Source: an uncultured candidatus Porisulfidus sp.
GTDB lineage: Bacteria; Pseudomonadota; Gammaproteobacteria; Poriferisulfidales; Poriferisulfidaceae
Length of the DNA stretch: 64,000 nucleotides
Reading direction: 5' to 3'
Assembly (NCBI GenBank): GCA_965204575.1
Contig: OZ241993.1
Span: forward strand, 1,408,001 to 1,472,000
A program made the position numbers and the translations under genes. Positions 11,431-20,845 of the stretch are shown here, piece by piece. The notes under the pieces are model-generated. The model had not been told where the DNA came from, made no database searches, and worked only from the letters and a program-made list of their open reading frames with translations. Each line of letters begins with the position of its first letter. Position 1 is the first letter of the stretch.

Positions 11431-12464
11431 GCGAGGACACGCTGCTGCAACGTGGCGCGGGACCGGGCGAGGCATCGTTGGAAAACAATATTCGCCCGCG
11501 CAAGCTGGAAGACTTCGTCGGCCAGGCGGAGTTGCGCGAACAGTTCGAGGTCTTCATCGAGGCGGCGCGACGCCGGGGGCAGCCGCTCGACCATGTGCTG
11601 GTGTTCGGCCCGCCGGGGCTCGGCAAGACGACCCTGTCGTACATCGTCGCCAACGAGATGGGCGGACAGCTGCGCCAGTCGGCCGGGCCGGTACTGGAGC
11701 GTGGCGGGGACCTGGCGGCGATCCTGACCAGCCTGCAGGAAGGCGACGTGCTGTTCATCGACGAGATCCACCGCCTGCAGCCGGCCGTGGAGGAGATCCT
11801 GTACCCGGCGCTGGAGGATTGCCGGATCGACCTGATGATCGGCGAGGGTGCGGCGGCGCGCTCGATCCAGCTCGACCTGCCGGCGTTCACGCTGGTCGGC
11901 GCGACCACCCGGGCCGGGTTGCTGACGCCGCCGCTGATGTCGCGCTTCGGCATCGTCGGCCGGCTTGATTTCTATTCCGCGGAGGAACTGGCCCGCATTG
12001 TCCGCCGCTCGGCAGACATCCTCGACATTCCGGTCGATGGCGATGGCGCGTTGGAGATCGGCCGTCGCTCGCGCGGCACGCCGCGTATCGCGAACCGTCT
12101 GCTGCGGCGGGTACAAGACTACGCAGAGGTCCGGGCAGACGGGAAGGTGACCGCTTCGGTGGCGGCGGAGGCGCTGGAGTTCATGCGCGTCGACCGCTGC
12201 GGCATCGACCGGTTGGACCGCGAGTACCTGCGCATCATCATCGAGAAGTTCAACGGCGGGCCGGTCGGCATCGACAGCCTGTCGGTGGCGGTCAACGAGG
12301 AGCGCGGGACGCTGGAGGACATGGTCGAGCCCTACCTGATTCAGTTGGGGTTCCTGATGCGGACCCCTCGAGGCCGGGTCGCCACGCCGCGGGCACGCGA
12401 GCACCTGGGGCTTGAGCCGCTGCCGGGGACCGACGAATTGCCGCTGACGGGATCGGAGGACTAA
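11427..12464 (+). CDS. ruvB: Holliday junction helicase
   Basis: [22 protein letters not shown] motifs. Confidence 0.97.
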   Translation: MSEDTLLQRGAGPGEASLENNIRPRKLEDFVGQAELREQFEVFIEAARRRGQPLDHVLVFGPPGLGKTTLSYIVANEMGGQLRQSAGPVLERGGDLAAILTSLQEGDVLFIDEIHRLQPAVEEILYPALEDCRIDLMIGEGAAARSIQLDLPAFTLVGATTRAGLLTPPLMSRFGIVGRLDFYSAEELARIVRRSADILDIPVDGDGALEIGRRSRGTPRIANRLLRRVQDYAEVRADGKVTASVAAEALEFMRVDRCGIDRLDREYLRIIIEKFNGGPVGIDSLSVAVNEERGTLEDMVEPYLIQLGFLMRTPRGRVATPRAREHLGLEPLPGTDELPLTGSED

Positions 12465-12865
12465 TGGGGGAGGATATTCCGGTGCGGGTGTATTACGAAG
12501 ATACCGATGCGGGCGGCGTGCTCTACCATGCGGCGGTCATCCGCTACATGGATCGCGGACGGACCGAATGGCTTCGAAAACGCGGGTATACTTTGGCCTC
12601 GCTGGAGCAGGATCACCAGCGCGTGTTCGCGGTGCACAGCCTGTCCGCGCGTTACCTGCTGCCGGGCCGGTTGGACGACGAGCTGATGGTTCGCACCCGG
12701 TTGTCCGCGCGGGCCCGGCTCTCGCTGGATTTCAGTCAGGCGCTGTGGCGGGAGGACGAGTGTCTGGCCGAGGCGACCGTCAAGGTGGCGTGCCTGAGCA
12801 CGGACACCGGGTCGCCCGCACCATTGCCTCCCGACCTTTACGAGAAGTGTGAAAACAATGGTTGA
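12464..12865 (+). CDS. ybgC: tol-pal-associated acyl-CoA thioesterase
   Basis: RVYYEDTDAGGV motif. Confidence 0.92.
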   Translation: MGEDIPVRVYYEDTDAGGVLYHAAVIRYMDRGRTEWLRKRGYTLASLEQDHQRVFAVHSLSARYLLPGRLDDELMVRTRLSARARLSLDFSQALWREDECLAEATVKVACLSTDTGSPAPLPPDLYEKCENNG

Positions 12866-13544
12866 GTTTTCGATTCTGGAGATGTTGGGCCAGGCGTCCT
12901 TGGCCGTGCAGGGGGTCATGTTGATCCTGGTGCTGGCCTCGTTCGTCTCCTGGGTCATCATCTTCAACAAGTCGCAGATCCTGCGCCGACAGCATCAGGA
13001 AGCGATCAAGTTCGAGGACAAGTTCTGGCAGGGCATCGAGCTGGTGCAGTTCTACGACCAGATGCGACAGCGGCAGTCGCGCCCGCCGCTCGGGGACGTA
13101 TTTTGTGCCGGCTTCCGGGAATACGTGCAACTGGCCCGGAACAAGCAATTGTCGCCGGACACGATCAGCCATACGGCGGTGCGCAGCATGCGGGTGGTGC
13201 TGGCCCGGGAAGCAGAACACCTGGAGATGCATCTGCCGGTGCTGGCGACGATCGGTTCGACCAGCCCGTACATCGGATTGTTCGGGACGGTCTGGGGCAT
13301 CATCAATGCCTTCCACTCGCTGGACCCGACCCGGGGCGCCTCCATGCTGACCATGATCGCACCCGGAATTTCCGAGGCGCTGGTGGCGACCGCCCTGGGC
13401 CTGTTCGCCGCCATCCCGGCGGTCATCGCCTACAACCGGTTCACGGACCGGGTCGACAAGTTGCTGACACAGTACAGCAACTTCATTGAAGAGTTCACCA
13501 CGCTCCTGCAGCGCGAGGCTCTGGCCAACCAGGAGAAACCATGA
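12858..13544 (+). CDS. tolQ: TolQ
   Basis: SPYIGLFGTVWGI and APGISEALVATA motifs. Confidence 0.95.
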   Translation: MVEFSILEMLGQASLAVQGVMLILVLASFVSWVIIFNKSQILRRQHQEAIKFEDKFWQGIELVQFYDQMRQRQSRPPLGDVFCAGFREYVQLARNKQLSPDTISHTAVRSMRVVLAREAEHLEMHLPVLATIGSTSPYIGLFGTVWGIINAFHSLDPTRGASMLTMIAPGISEALVATALGLFAAIPAVIAYNRFTDRVDKLLTQYSNFIEEFTTLLQREALANQEKP

Positions 13545-13975
13545 ACCCGCTGCGGACTTCGCGCCGGCACATGTCGGAAATCAACATCGTGCCGTACGTG
13601 GATGTCATGCTGGTGCTCCTCCTGATCTTCATGATCGCGACGCCGCTGATGCAGCAGGGCCTGTTGATCGAATTGCCGGAAGCGCCGTCGGAGCCGGTCG
13701 ATCCGGAACCCTACCGCGAGCCGCTGGTGCTGGAAATCAACCAGCGCGGAGAACTGCGGCTGATCCGCGAAGGGGTGTTCGTCTACGCCGTGGAGGAGGT
13801 GGACCTGCCGGGTCTGGTCGAAGGAATGATGCAGGAGGGTGGAGACGATACGCTGTACGTCCGGGCCGATGCCCGGCTCTCGTACGGTACGGTGGCGGCG
13901 ACCATCGCCCGGCTTGATCAGGCGGGAGTCCCGGCCCTGAGCCTGCTCACGCAGCCGCCGCCGGAGAGCCCATGA
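13541..13975 (+). CDS. tolR: TolR
   Basis: EINIVPYVDVMLVLL motif. Confidence 0.93.
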   Translation: MNPLRTSRRHMSEINIVPYVDVMLVLLLIFMIATPLMQQGLLIELPEAPSEPVDPEPYREPLVLEINQRGELRLIREGVFVYAVEEVDLPGLVEGMMQEGGDDTLYVRADARLSYGTVAATIARLDQAGVPALSLLTQPPPESP

Positions 13976-14796
13976 ACCGGCCGGCGCGAGGAACCCGCCT
14001 CAGTCGGGTCAGTCCTCTCTCCTGGATCGGGGCCGTTGCCGTTCATGCGGTGATCGCTGGACTGTTGCTGCAATTCGGAACCGAACCGGCCCAGTCCAAC
14101 GTTCCAACCCGGCCGGATGTCGAGGCGGTGCGCGTTCAGGCGGCAGACGAGGAATTGCTGGAGCAGAGGCGTGAAGCGCACCGGCAGGCATTGCGCGAAG
14201 AGGAACTCCGCAAACAGCGGGAGCGTGAAGCGAAACGCAAGGAAGCCGAACGCAGGCAGGCGGAGAAACGCAAACGCGAGGAAGAAGCGCGCCGCAAGGC
14301 CGAAGAGAAGAAGAAAGCGAAGGCGCGGGCCGAAGCGAAACGCAAGGCAAAAGAAGAAGCCGAGCGGAAACTTGCGGAGAAGCGCGAGCGTGAGGAGGCG
14401 GCACGCCGGCAGGCCGAAGAGGAGGCGCGCAAGCTGCAGGAAGCCGAACAACGGGCGGAGGCGCGTCGGCAGGAGCAGGCGCAGCGGCGGCAGCGGGAAG
14501 CTGCCCGACGGGCCCGGCAGGCCGATATCTGGCGCATTGCGATCAAGAAAAGAATCGAACGGGTCTGGCTGCGCCCCCCGGCGGCTGGAAACATCTCGCC
14601 TTGCGAGGTGGTCGTGGAACAGGATGAAAAAGGCGTGGTGCTGTCCGCCAAGGTACGCGGCTGCCGGGCCTCGCAGGCCTGGCAGGATTCTTTGCGCAAC
14701 GCCGTGCTGAAGGCTAGCCCGTTGCCGCGGCCTCCGATCGCGGAACTGTTTGATCGCCACCTGGTGATCACCTTCCGTCCAAAAGTAGCCCGTTGA
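13972..14796 (+). CDS. tolA: TolA
   Basis: TM anchor with His, long E/A/K/R helix, C-terminal KASPLP domain. Confidence 0.9.
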   Translation: MNRPARGTRLSRVSPLSWIGAVAVHAVIAGLLLQFGTEPAQSNVPTRPDVEAVRVQAADEELLEQRREAHRQALREEELRKQREREAKRKEAERRQAEKRKREEEARRKAEEKKKAKARAEAKRKAKEEAERKLAEKREREEAARRQAEEEARKLQEAEQRAEARRQEQAQRRQREAARRARQADIWRIAIKKRIERVWLRPPAAGNISPCEVVVEQDEKGVVLSAKVRGCRASQAWQDSLRNAVLKASPLPRPPIAELFDRHLVITFRPKVAR

Positions 14797-14797
14797 A

Positions 14798-16081
14798 ATG
14801 AACGCCGCTCGCCTGCGTGCTTGTGTCCTGCTGTTGCCTCTTTGCGTGGGTGCGGCACAGGCGGAATTCCGCATTGATATCGAGCAGGGGGTCGAGCAGG
14901 GCATCCCCATCGTTTTGGTGGCATATTCGGAATCCGAGCGGAAACTGGCAGAAGTCGTTGGTGCGGACCTGGCGCGAAGCGGGTTTTTCAATGTGCTGGA
15001 CCCCGGGACGGCACCGCCGGCGGCGGTGCGCGAGGGGGACCTGAACTGGGATGCCTGGGATGGCCATTTGGCAGAGTACGCGGTGACGGCGACGGTGTCC
15101 CCGGGAGCAGGCCGGCTCCAGCTGGATATCCGGTTGTTCGACCTGCTGGCGGGCAAGGCTGTCTTGGCGCGCCGCCTGTCGGCGAAGCCGAAGCAACTGC
15201 GCCGCTTGGCGCATCAGGCCGCGGACGCGCTGCACGAACAGATCACGGGCATCCCCGGTGCGTTCGATACCCGAATCGCCTATGTCGGTCAAATTCGTGA
15301 AGCAGGCCGGGTTCGCTATCGCCTGTATGTGGCGGATGCGGACGGGCACCATCCAATCGCGATCCTCACTTCGCCGCGCCCGCTGCTGTCGCCCGTTTGG
15401 TCGCCGGATGGGATGAGCCTGGCCTACGTGTCGTTCGAAACTCGGCGGCCGCAGGTGTTCCTCCAGAACCTGCGGGACGCAAGCCGCCGGGCGCTGCCGG
15501 GTTCCGGGCGCAGTTCCAGTGCCCCGGCTTTCTCTCCCGACGGGCGGCGCCTGGCCTTGGCCATGACGGTGGACGGAGACATGGAAATTTTTATCTACGC
15601 CTTGGATACGGGCTCCCTGTCTCGCTTCACCTACAGCGCGGGAATCGATACGGAACCGGCTTGGGAAGCCGATGGGCAGGGATTGGTCTTCACGTCCGAC
15701 CGGGGTGGCAAGCCGAAGCTTTATCGCCAGGGCTTGCGCGATGCGCAGGCCCGGATGTTGCCCCTCCCGGGCAACTACACCACGGATGCGGTGGTGTCCA
15801 CCGACGGTCGCTACTTGGCTTTCGTCCAGTCGACCGAGGCGGGCGGTTACGGCGTGGCGCTGTTCGAGCCGGAGAGCGAGGGCTTGTTTCCCTTGTCTTC
15901 GGGAACCCTGGACGAGGCACCGTCGTTCGCGCCGAACGGATTCAGCCTGATTTACGCCAGCACGACCCGGAGCGGGGAACAAATCCTGATGCTGGCCAGC
16001 CATAATGGTAGAATTCGTCAGCGCCTCCCGCTTGCCCATTCGGACGTTCGGGAGCCTGCGTGGTCTCCCTACCGACGCTAG
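14798..16081 (+). CDS. tolB: TolB
   Basis: FDTRIAYV and repeated PxWSPDG propeller motifs. Confidence 0.93.
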   Translation: MNAARLRACVLLLPLCVGAAQAEFRIDIEQGVEQGIPIVLVAYSESERKLAEVVGADLARSGFFNVLDPGTAPPAAVREGDLNWDAWDGHLAEYAVTATVSPGAGRLQLDIRLFDLLAGKAVLARRLSAKPKQLRRLAHQAADALHEQITGIPGAFDTRIAYVGQIREAGRVRYRLYVADADGHHPIAILTSPRPLLSPVWSPDGMSLAYVSFETRRPQVFLQNLRDASRRALPGSGRSSSAPAFSPDGRRLALAMTVDGDMEIFIYALDTGSLSRFTYSAGIDTEPAWEADGQGLVFTSDRGGKPKLYRQGLRDAQARMLPLPGNYTTDAVVSTDGRYLAFVQSTEAGGYGVALFEPESEGLFPLSSGTLDEAPSFAPNGFSLIYASTTRSGEQILMLASHNGRIRQRLPLAHSDVREPAWSPYRR

Positions 16082-16092
16082 AAGGAATGCCA

Positions 16093-16671
16093 ATGCGACG
16101 ATTTTTTTCACGCCCCGCCCCGCCGTTGATCCTGCTGGGGTTGGGTGTTGTCCTGGGTGCCTGCGGGGTGCCGGAGGAAGACCCTCCTGCCGCCGTGGAA
16201 GATTCGAAGATCCTGCTGGAAGAGGATCCGGGTGCCGTCGAGGGCGTTGCTCTGGACGATGAAGGAAACATCATTGCGGGAGACCTGGATATCAGTTCGA
16301 AGGATGGCCCTGTGGCCGGGACGGCCGCAAATGCCGCGGGCCAGGGCATGACCGTCTACTTCGACTACGACAGCACCGAGGTGAAGCCGAGGTTCGCGGA
16401 AGTCATCCAGCGTGCGTCGGCGCATTTGCAGAACAATCCGGCAGGTCGGCTGCGCCTGGAGGGGCATACGGATGAACGGGGTACCCGGGCCTACAACTTG
16501 GCGCTGGGCGAGCGCCGGGCACAAAGCGTACGGGACATGATCCTGGAATTGGGCGCTTTGGCGGAACAGGTGGATTGGGTCAGCTACGGTGAGGAACTCC
16601 CCGCGGTGACAGGCCAGGGCGAGGGCACCTGGGGACACAACCGTAGGGTCGAAATCATCCTGGAAGAGTGA
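16093..16671 (+). CDS. pal: peptidoglycan-associated lipoprotein
   Basis: lipobox LGAC; EGHTDERGTRAYNLALGERRA. Confidence 0.93.
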   Translation: MRRFFSRPAPPLILLGLGVVLGACGVPEEDPPAAVEDSKILLEEDPGAVEGVALDDEGNIIAGDLDISSKDGPVAGTAANAAGQGMTVYFDYDSTEVKPRFAEVIQRASAHLQNNPAGRLRLEGHTDERGTRAYNLALGERRAQSVRDMILELGALAEQVDWVSYGEELPAVTGQGEGTWGHNRRVEIILEE

Positions 16672-17651
16672 CCGACTGCGTCCGTCGGGGCAGAAAAGGA
16701 CGTGTGCTCGCGTTGGCGGGCAGTCTTGTTTACAGCGTCTGCGCTTTCGCGCAGGATCCGGAACCGGACCCGCAGCCGCCATGGCTCGAACGGGTCATTC
16801 AGGCGCTGGAGCGTGTGGAAGCGGAACAGCAAGTATTGCGGCAAGAGATCGAGGCCCTTCGGGCCCGGCCGGGCGATTCCCCGGAGCCTGAGAGCGTAAG
16901 CGACCCGGCCGCCTTGTTCGAGGCCGAGCAGGAGGCCCCTCCGGAAATCCAACGAATCGTCGAGGAGCTGACCCGCCTGGAAGCGGAGCAGCAGGCGTTG
17001 CGGCAGGAAGTCGAGGCTTTGCTTGCCCGGCAGGACGAAGCTCAGGTTCAGGAGATGGAGCACTCTGCTGTCGAGAGCGAGCCTGCCGTCGAGGGCGAGG
17101 AGGACTCCACGCCGTCGGTCGAAATGGTGGAGCAGGACCCGGGCGTCCCGGTGGATGACGCGGACGCCGAGGCGGCGGCCACTTCCGAACCTGTGCCGGG
17201 TCCGGAGGAGGGCGAAGCGGCGGCGACTCCGGAGGAGAAGGCCTTTTCGCCACAGATCACCCAGCCGGCCGCGCGGTTGTACGGCTTGGGCCGGGAAGCT
17301 TTCAGGAATCTCAATTTCTATGATGCGGCCAAGGCGTTCCGGGAATTCCTGGCCAAGTACCCGGCTCACGAGGATGCCGGGGAGGCCTGGTACTGGCTCG
17401 GTGAGACCCTGTACGTGGAAGGGCGCTTCCAGGAAGCAATTGCCGCGTTCGCCGAAGTCATCGCCGACGAGGCCAACCCGCGCCGCGAAGTGGCGCGCCT
17501 GAAGACCGGCTATGCCTGGTTCGAATTGGGTGATTTCGAGAGGGCCGAGGCGATCCTGACCGAGATTCGCGACCAGAACCCCGACAGTGACCTTGCCCGG
17601 CTCGCGCAGTTGCGGCTGGACCGGTTGCAGCGTCGGGCGGGCGAAGAGTGA
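16668..17651 (+). CDS. cpoB: CpoB/YbgF-like TPR protein
   Basis: coiled coils plus C-terminal TPR (YWLGE); follows pal. Confidence 0.75.
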   Translation: MTDCVRRGRKGRVLALAGSLVYSVCAFAQDPEPDPQPPWLERVIQALERVEAEQQVLRQEIEALRARPGDSPEPESVSDPAALFEAEQEAPPEIQRIVEELTRLEAEQQALRQEVEALLARQDEAQVQEMEHSAVESEPAVEGEEDSTPSVEMVEQDPGVPVDDADAEAAATSEPVPGPEEGEAAATPEEKAFSPQITQPAARLYGLGREAFRNLNFYDAAKAFREFLAKYPAHEDAGEAWYWLGETLYVEGRFQEAIAAFAEVIADEANPRREVARLKTGYAWFELGDFERAEAILTEIRDQNPDSDLARLAQLRLDRLQRRAGEE

Positions 17652-18307
17652 TGAGCCCGGAGGGTGCACAAGACATCCGGCTGCGTGTCACCGAAATCTT
17701 CCACTCCATCCAGGGGGAGGGGTCGGCCAGCGGCCGGCCGAGCGCGTTCGTCCGCCTGACCGGCTGCCCTCTGCGCTGCGGATACTGCGATACGGCCTAC
17801 GCTTTCACTGAAGGCGAATGGATGACTCTGGAGGAGATCCTGGGGGCGGTGGCCACGCAGCCGGTCCAGGATGTCTGCGTGACCGGTGGCGAGCCGTTGG
17901 CACAGCCGGAATGCAAGCAACTACTGAGCGAGTTGTGCGACCGGGGCTATCAAGTGACCCTGGAGACCAGCGGCGCGCTGTCCGTCTCGGAAGTGGACCC
18001 GCGGGTTTTCAAGGCGCTGGACATCAAGACCCCGGGCAGTGGGGAAGAGGCGCGCAATGACTGGAGCAATTTGGAGCACCTCCAGCCTACGGACCTGGTG
18101 AAGTTCGTGATTTGCTCGCGCGAGGATTACAAGTGGGCACGCGATCAGGTTCAAGGGCGCACGTGGGATTGCGAAGTCTTCTTCTCGCCATCCTGGGAGG
18201 AACAGGACGCCGGGCAGTTGGGGGAGTGGATCGTGGCCGATGCATTGCCGGTGCGCCTGCAAGTCCAGCTCCACAAGGTGCTGTGGGGTGATGTCCGGGG
18301 GCGCTAG
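17651..18307 (+). CDS. queE: 7-carboxy-7-deazaguanine synthase
   Basis: [24 protein letters not shown] motifs. Confidence 0.93.
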   Translation: MSPEGAQDIRLRVTEIFHSIQGEGSASGRPSAFVRLTGCPLRCGYCDTAYAFTEGEWMTLEEILGAVATQPVQDVCVTGGEPLAQPECKQLLSELCDRGYQVTLETSGALSVSEVDPRVFKALDIKTPGSGEEARNDWSNLEHLQPTDLVKFVICSREDYKWARDQVQGRTWDCEVFFSPSWEEQDAGQLGEWIVADALPVRLQVQLHKVLWGDVRGR

Positions 18308-18977
18308 ACCGGCCGTTGTGTTGCTGTCTGGCGGCATGGATTCGGCAACGACCCTGTACTGGGCGCGCGCCGAGGGGTTTGTGCCGACGGCCCTGAGCTT
18401 CTGCTACGGGCAGCGGCACAGCGCGGAACTGCAGGCGGCTCGGCGGTTGACTCGGGAAGTGAATTGCGAGCTGGTGGAGATGGATCTTGATTTGGCGAAA
18501 TTCGGCGCTTCGGCGCTGACCGACCCGGAAATCGCCGTGCCGGAAGGGCCGGACGACGGGATTCCGGTCACTTACGTGCCGGCCCGCAATACCGTGTTCC
18601 TGTCGGTCGCGCTTGCCTTGGCCGAGGCGCGGGACATCCACGATATCTGCATCGGCGTCAATGCGATCGACTATTCGGGTTATCCGGATTGCCGGGGTGA
18701 ATTCATTTCGGCGTTCGAAAAGACAGCCAACCTGGCGACCCGGGACAGCGTGGAAGGTCGTCCGTTCCGCATCCACACGCCGCTGATCGATTGGACCAAG
18801 GCCGAGATTATCCGAGCCGGGATGCAACTGAGGGTCGACTATGCGATGACCGTTTCGTGCTACCGGGCGGATTCTGAAGGTCGGGCCTGTGGGACTTGCG
18901 AGGCTTGCCGGTTACGCCGGGAAGGGTTCGAGGCAGCGGGAGTCGAGGACCCGACACGCTACCAGGAACGCGATTAG
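18291..18977 (+). CDS. queC: 7-cyano-7-deazaguanine synthase
   Basis: SGGMDS, YVPARN, YPDCR, CGTCEAC motifs. Confidence 0.95.
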   Translation: MSGGARPAVVLLSGGMDSATTLYWARAEGFVPTALSFCYGQRHSAELQAARRLTREVNCELVEMDLDLAKFGASALTDPEIAVPEGPDDGIPVTYVPARNTVFLSVALALAEARDIHDICIGVNAIDYSGYPDCRGEFISAFEKTANLATRDSVEGRPFRIHTPLIDWTKAEIIRAGMQLRVDYAMTVSCYRADSEGRACGTCEACRLRREGFEAAGVEDPTRYQERD

Positions 18978-19044
18978 CAAGTATGGGGGCTCGTTCGGGC
19001 CAGAAAATACACCATAATAGTACGCATATTTCTATTGTAAAGCT

Positions 19045-19266
19045 ATGAAAAACATTATATTCAATGCTAACGAAGTCCTGATCGAAGCGGCACGGGAGAG
19101 GGCGAGAGAAGAAAGAATCACGCTGGAAGCCCAGTTCAGGTTGTGGCTGGCCGAGTATGCGCAGAGGCAAGACCTGCTCAAGGCGTATGACGAGACGATT
19201 CGCGATCTGCGTGGACGACTTGTCGTCGGGCGGAAGCTAACCCGAGAGGAGATCAATCAGCATTGA
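19045..19266 (+). CDS. orphan antitoxin-like small protein
   Basis: resembles the MKNITxxADxxLIExAR...FRxWL antitoxins that usually precede PIN toxins; lower GC. Confidence 0.55.
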   Translation: MKNIIFNANEVLIEAARERAREERITLEAQFRLWLAEYAQRQDLLKAYDETIRDLRGRLVVGRKLTREEINQH

Positions 19267-19369
19267 GGTCGCTTGAATGCCAATGGACTCGCCCCCGTAA
19301 GATTCCAAGCGCAAGCCCCGAAACCCCGTTGTACAATTGAGCCGTTGCCACAACGACTCATGACGCCCT

Positions 19370-20599
19370 ATGGAACTTGAAATCTACCGCCAGGTTTTGC
19401 TCGCCGGGTTCATCATCACGATCGTCCTCGGCGCGGTGGCCTACAAGACCAATTTCTGCACGATGGGGGCTGTCTCGGACCTCGTGAACATGGGCGATTC
19501 CGGCCGCATGCGCGCCTGGGTGCTCGGCATGGCGGTGGCGGTGCTGGGCGTGGCCATCCTCGAATACATCGGGCTGGCGGACATGAGCCTGACCGCGAGT
19601 GCGGAGACCGGGCGGCCGCCGTACCGCGCCGCCGTGTTTCCGTGGCCGCGTTTTCTCATCGGCGGGCTCCTGTTCGGCATCGGCATGACGATCGGTTCCG
19701 GATGCGGCAACCGCACCATGGTGCGCATCGGAGGGGGCAACCTGAAGTCGATCGCGGTGCTGTTGGCGATGGGCATCGCCGGCTACCTGATGATCTTCAC
19801 CAATTTCGGCTATTACGTCTTCCTGCAGTGGATGGAGCCGGCCTTCATCGACCTGCGCAACCTCGGCATCGCGGACCAGTCGCTGGGAGCGGCGGTATCC
19901 GGCCCGCTCGGGCTGCCGGGGGCTGCGGCATCACTCGCCATCGGCCTGATCGTCGGGGTCCTGATGCTGATCTGGGTGCTGCGTTCTTCCGATTTCCTGC
20001 AGAACCGGGACAACGTGCTGGCCGGCGTCGTGCTGGGGCTGTGCGTGGCGGCGGCTTGGTACGTGACCGCCGGCCCGATGGGGCAAGGCCTGATCGAGGA
20101 AGTCGCGTTCCTGGAAGGCGATGAACAGCCGTACGGGGTCGGAGCCCAGTCGCTGACGTTCGTGCAACCTGCGGCCACCCTGATCCGTTTCTTGGAGACC
20201 GGCTTCGCCAGCCGGTTCATGAGTTTCGCTCTGGTAGCCGGGGCGGGCGTGATCGTCGGCGCGTTCCTTTACGCGCTGGTCTCGCGACGGTTGCGGGTCG
20301 AGTGGTTCCAGTCGCTCGGCGATGCCGCGCGGCACGTGCTCGGCGGGGTGCTGATGGGGTTCGGCGGGGTGCTGTCGATCGGCTGCACCATCGGACAGGC
20401 AGTCTCCGGTGTGTCCACGCTGGCGATCGGATCGTTCCTGACTTTCGTGAGCATCTGCCTGGGCAGCGCGTTGACGATGAAGGTCCAATACTACAAAATG
20501 GTCTACGAAGACGAGGCGAATTGGGCGAGTGCGCTGGTTGCCGGAATGGCGGACCTGCGCCTGATTCCCCAGAAATGGCGGCGCCACGAAGCGGTATAA
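19370..20599 (+). CDS. YeeE/YedE-family sulfur compound transporter
   Basis: FCTMGA, GSGCG and GCTIGQ cysteine motifs; polytopic membrane protein. Confidence 0.9.
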   Translation: MELEIYRQVLLAGFIITIVLGAVAYKTNFCTMGAVSDLVNMGDSGRMRAWVLGMAVAVLGVAILEYIGLADMSLTASAETGRPPYRAAVFPWPRFLIGGLLFGIGMTIGSGCGNRTMVRIGGGNLKSIAVLLAMGIAGYLMIFTNFGYYVFLQWMEPAFIDLRNLGIADQSLGAAVSGPLGLPGAAASLAIGLIVGVLMLIWVLRSSDFLQNRDNVLAGVVLGLCVAAAWYVTAGPMGQGLIEEVAFLEGDEQPYGVGAQSLTFVQPAATLIRFLETGFASRFMSFALVAGAGVIVGAFLYALVSRRLRVEWFQSLGDAARHVLGGVLMGFGGVLSIGCTIGQAVSGVSTLAIGSFLTFVSICLGSALTMKVQYYKMVYEDEANWASALVAGMADLRLIPQKWRRHEAV

Positions 20600-20609
20600 G
20601 CGGGATCTC

Positions 20610-20686
20610 GGGTCGTTAGCTCAGCTAGGTAGAGCACCGGACTTTTAATCCGTTGGTCGCAGGTTCGATCCCTGCACGACCCACCA
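20610..20686 (+). tRNA. tRNA-Lys(TTT)
   Basis: GGGTCGT/ACGACCC acceptor stem; CTTTTAA anticodon loop; CCA end. Confidence 0.97.
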
Positions 20687-20845
20687 CCCCCGATTGACGC
20701 CATGCGGGTCTGAAATGGCGGGCCGCGAAAACTGCCGCCTGCATGTTCCAAGGCGGGGGTGCGGCGGCATAAACCCTATCGGATTTGTGTATAATTCAAA
20801 GGGTTCAAGGCAGTTTGCCTGCCGCGAGATTTTCGAGGATCGGTT

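Noticed and set aside
14150-14520. Repetitive sequence in tolA
   Set aside because: This is the normal low-complexity helical domain II of TolA.
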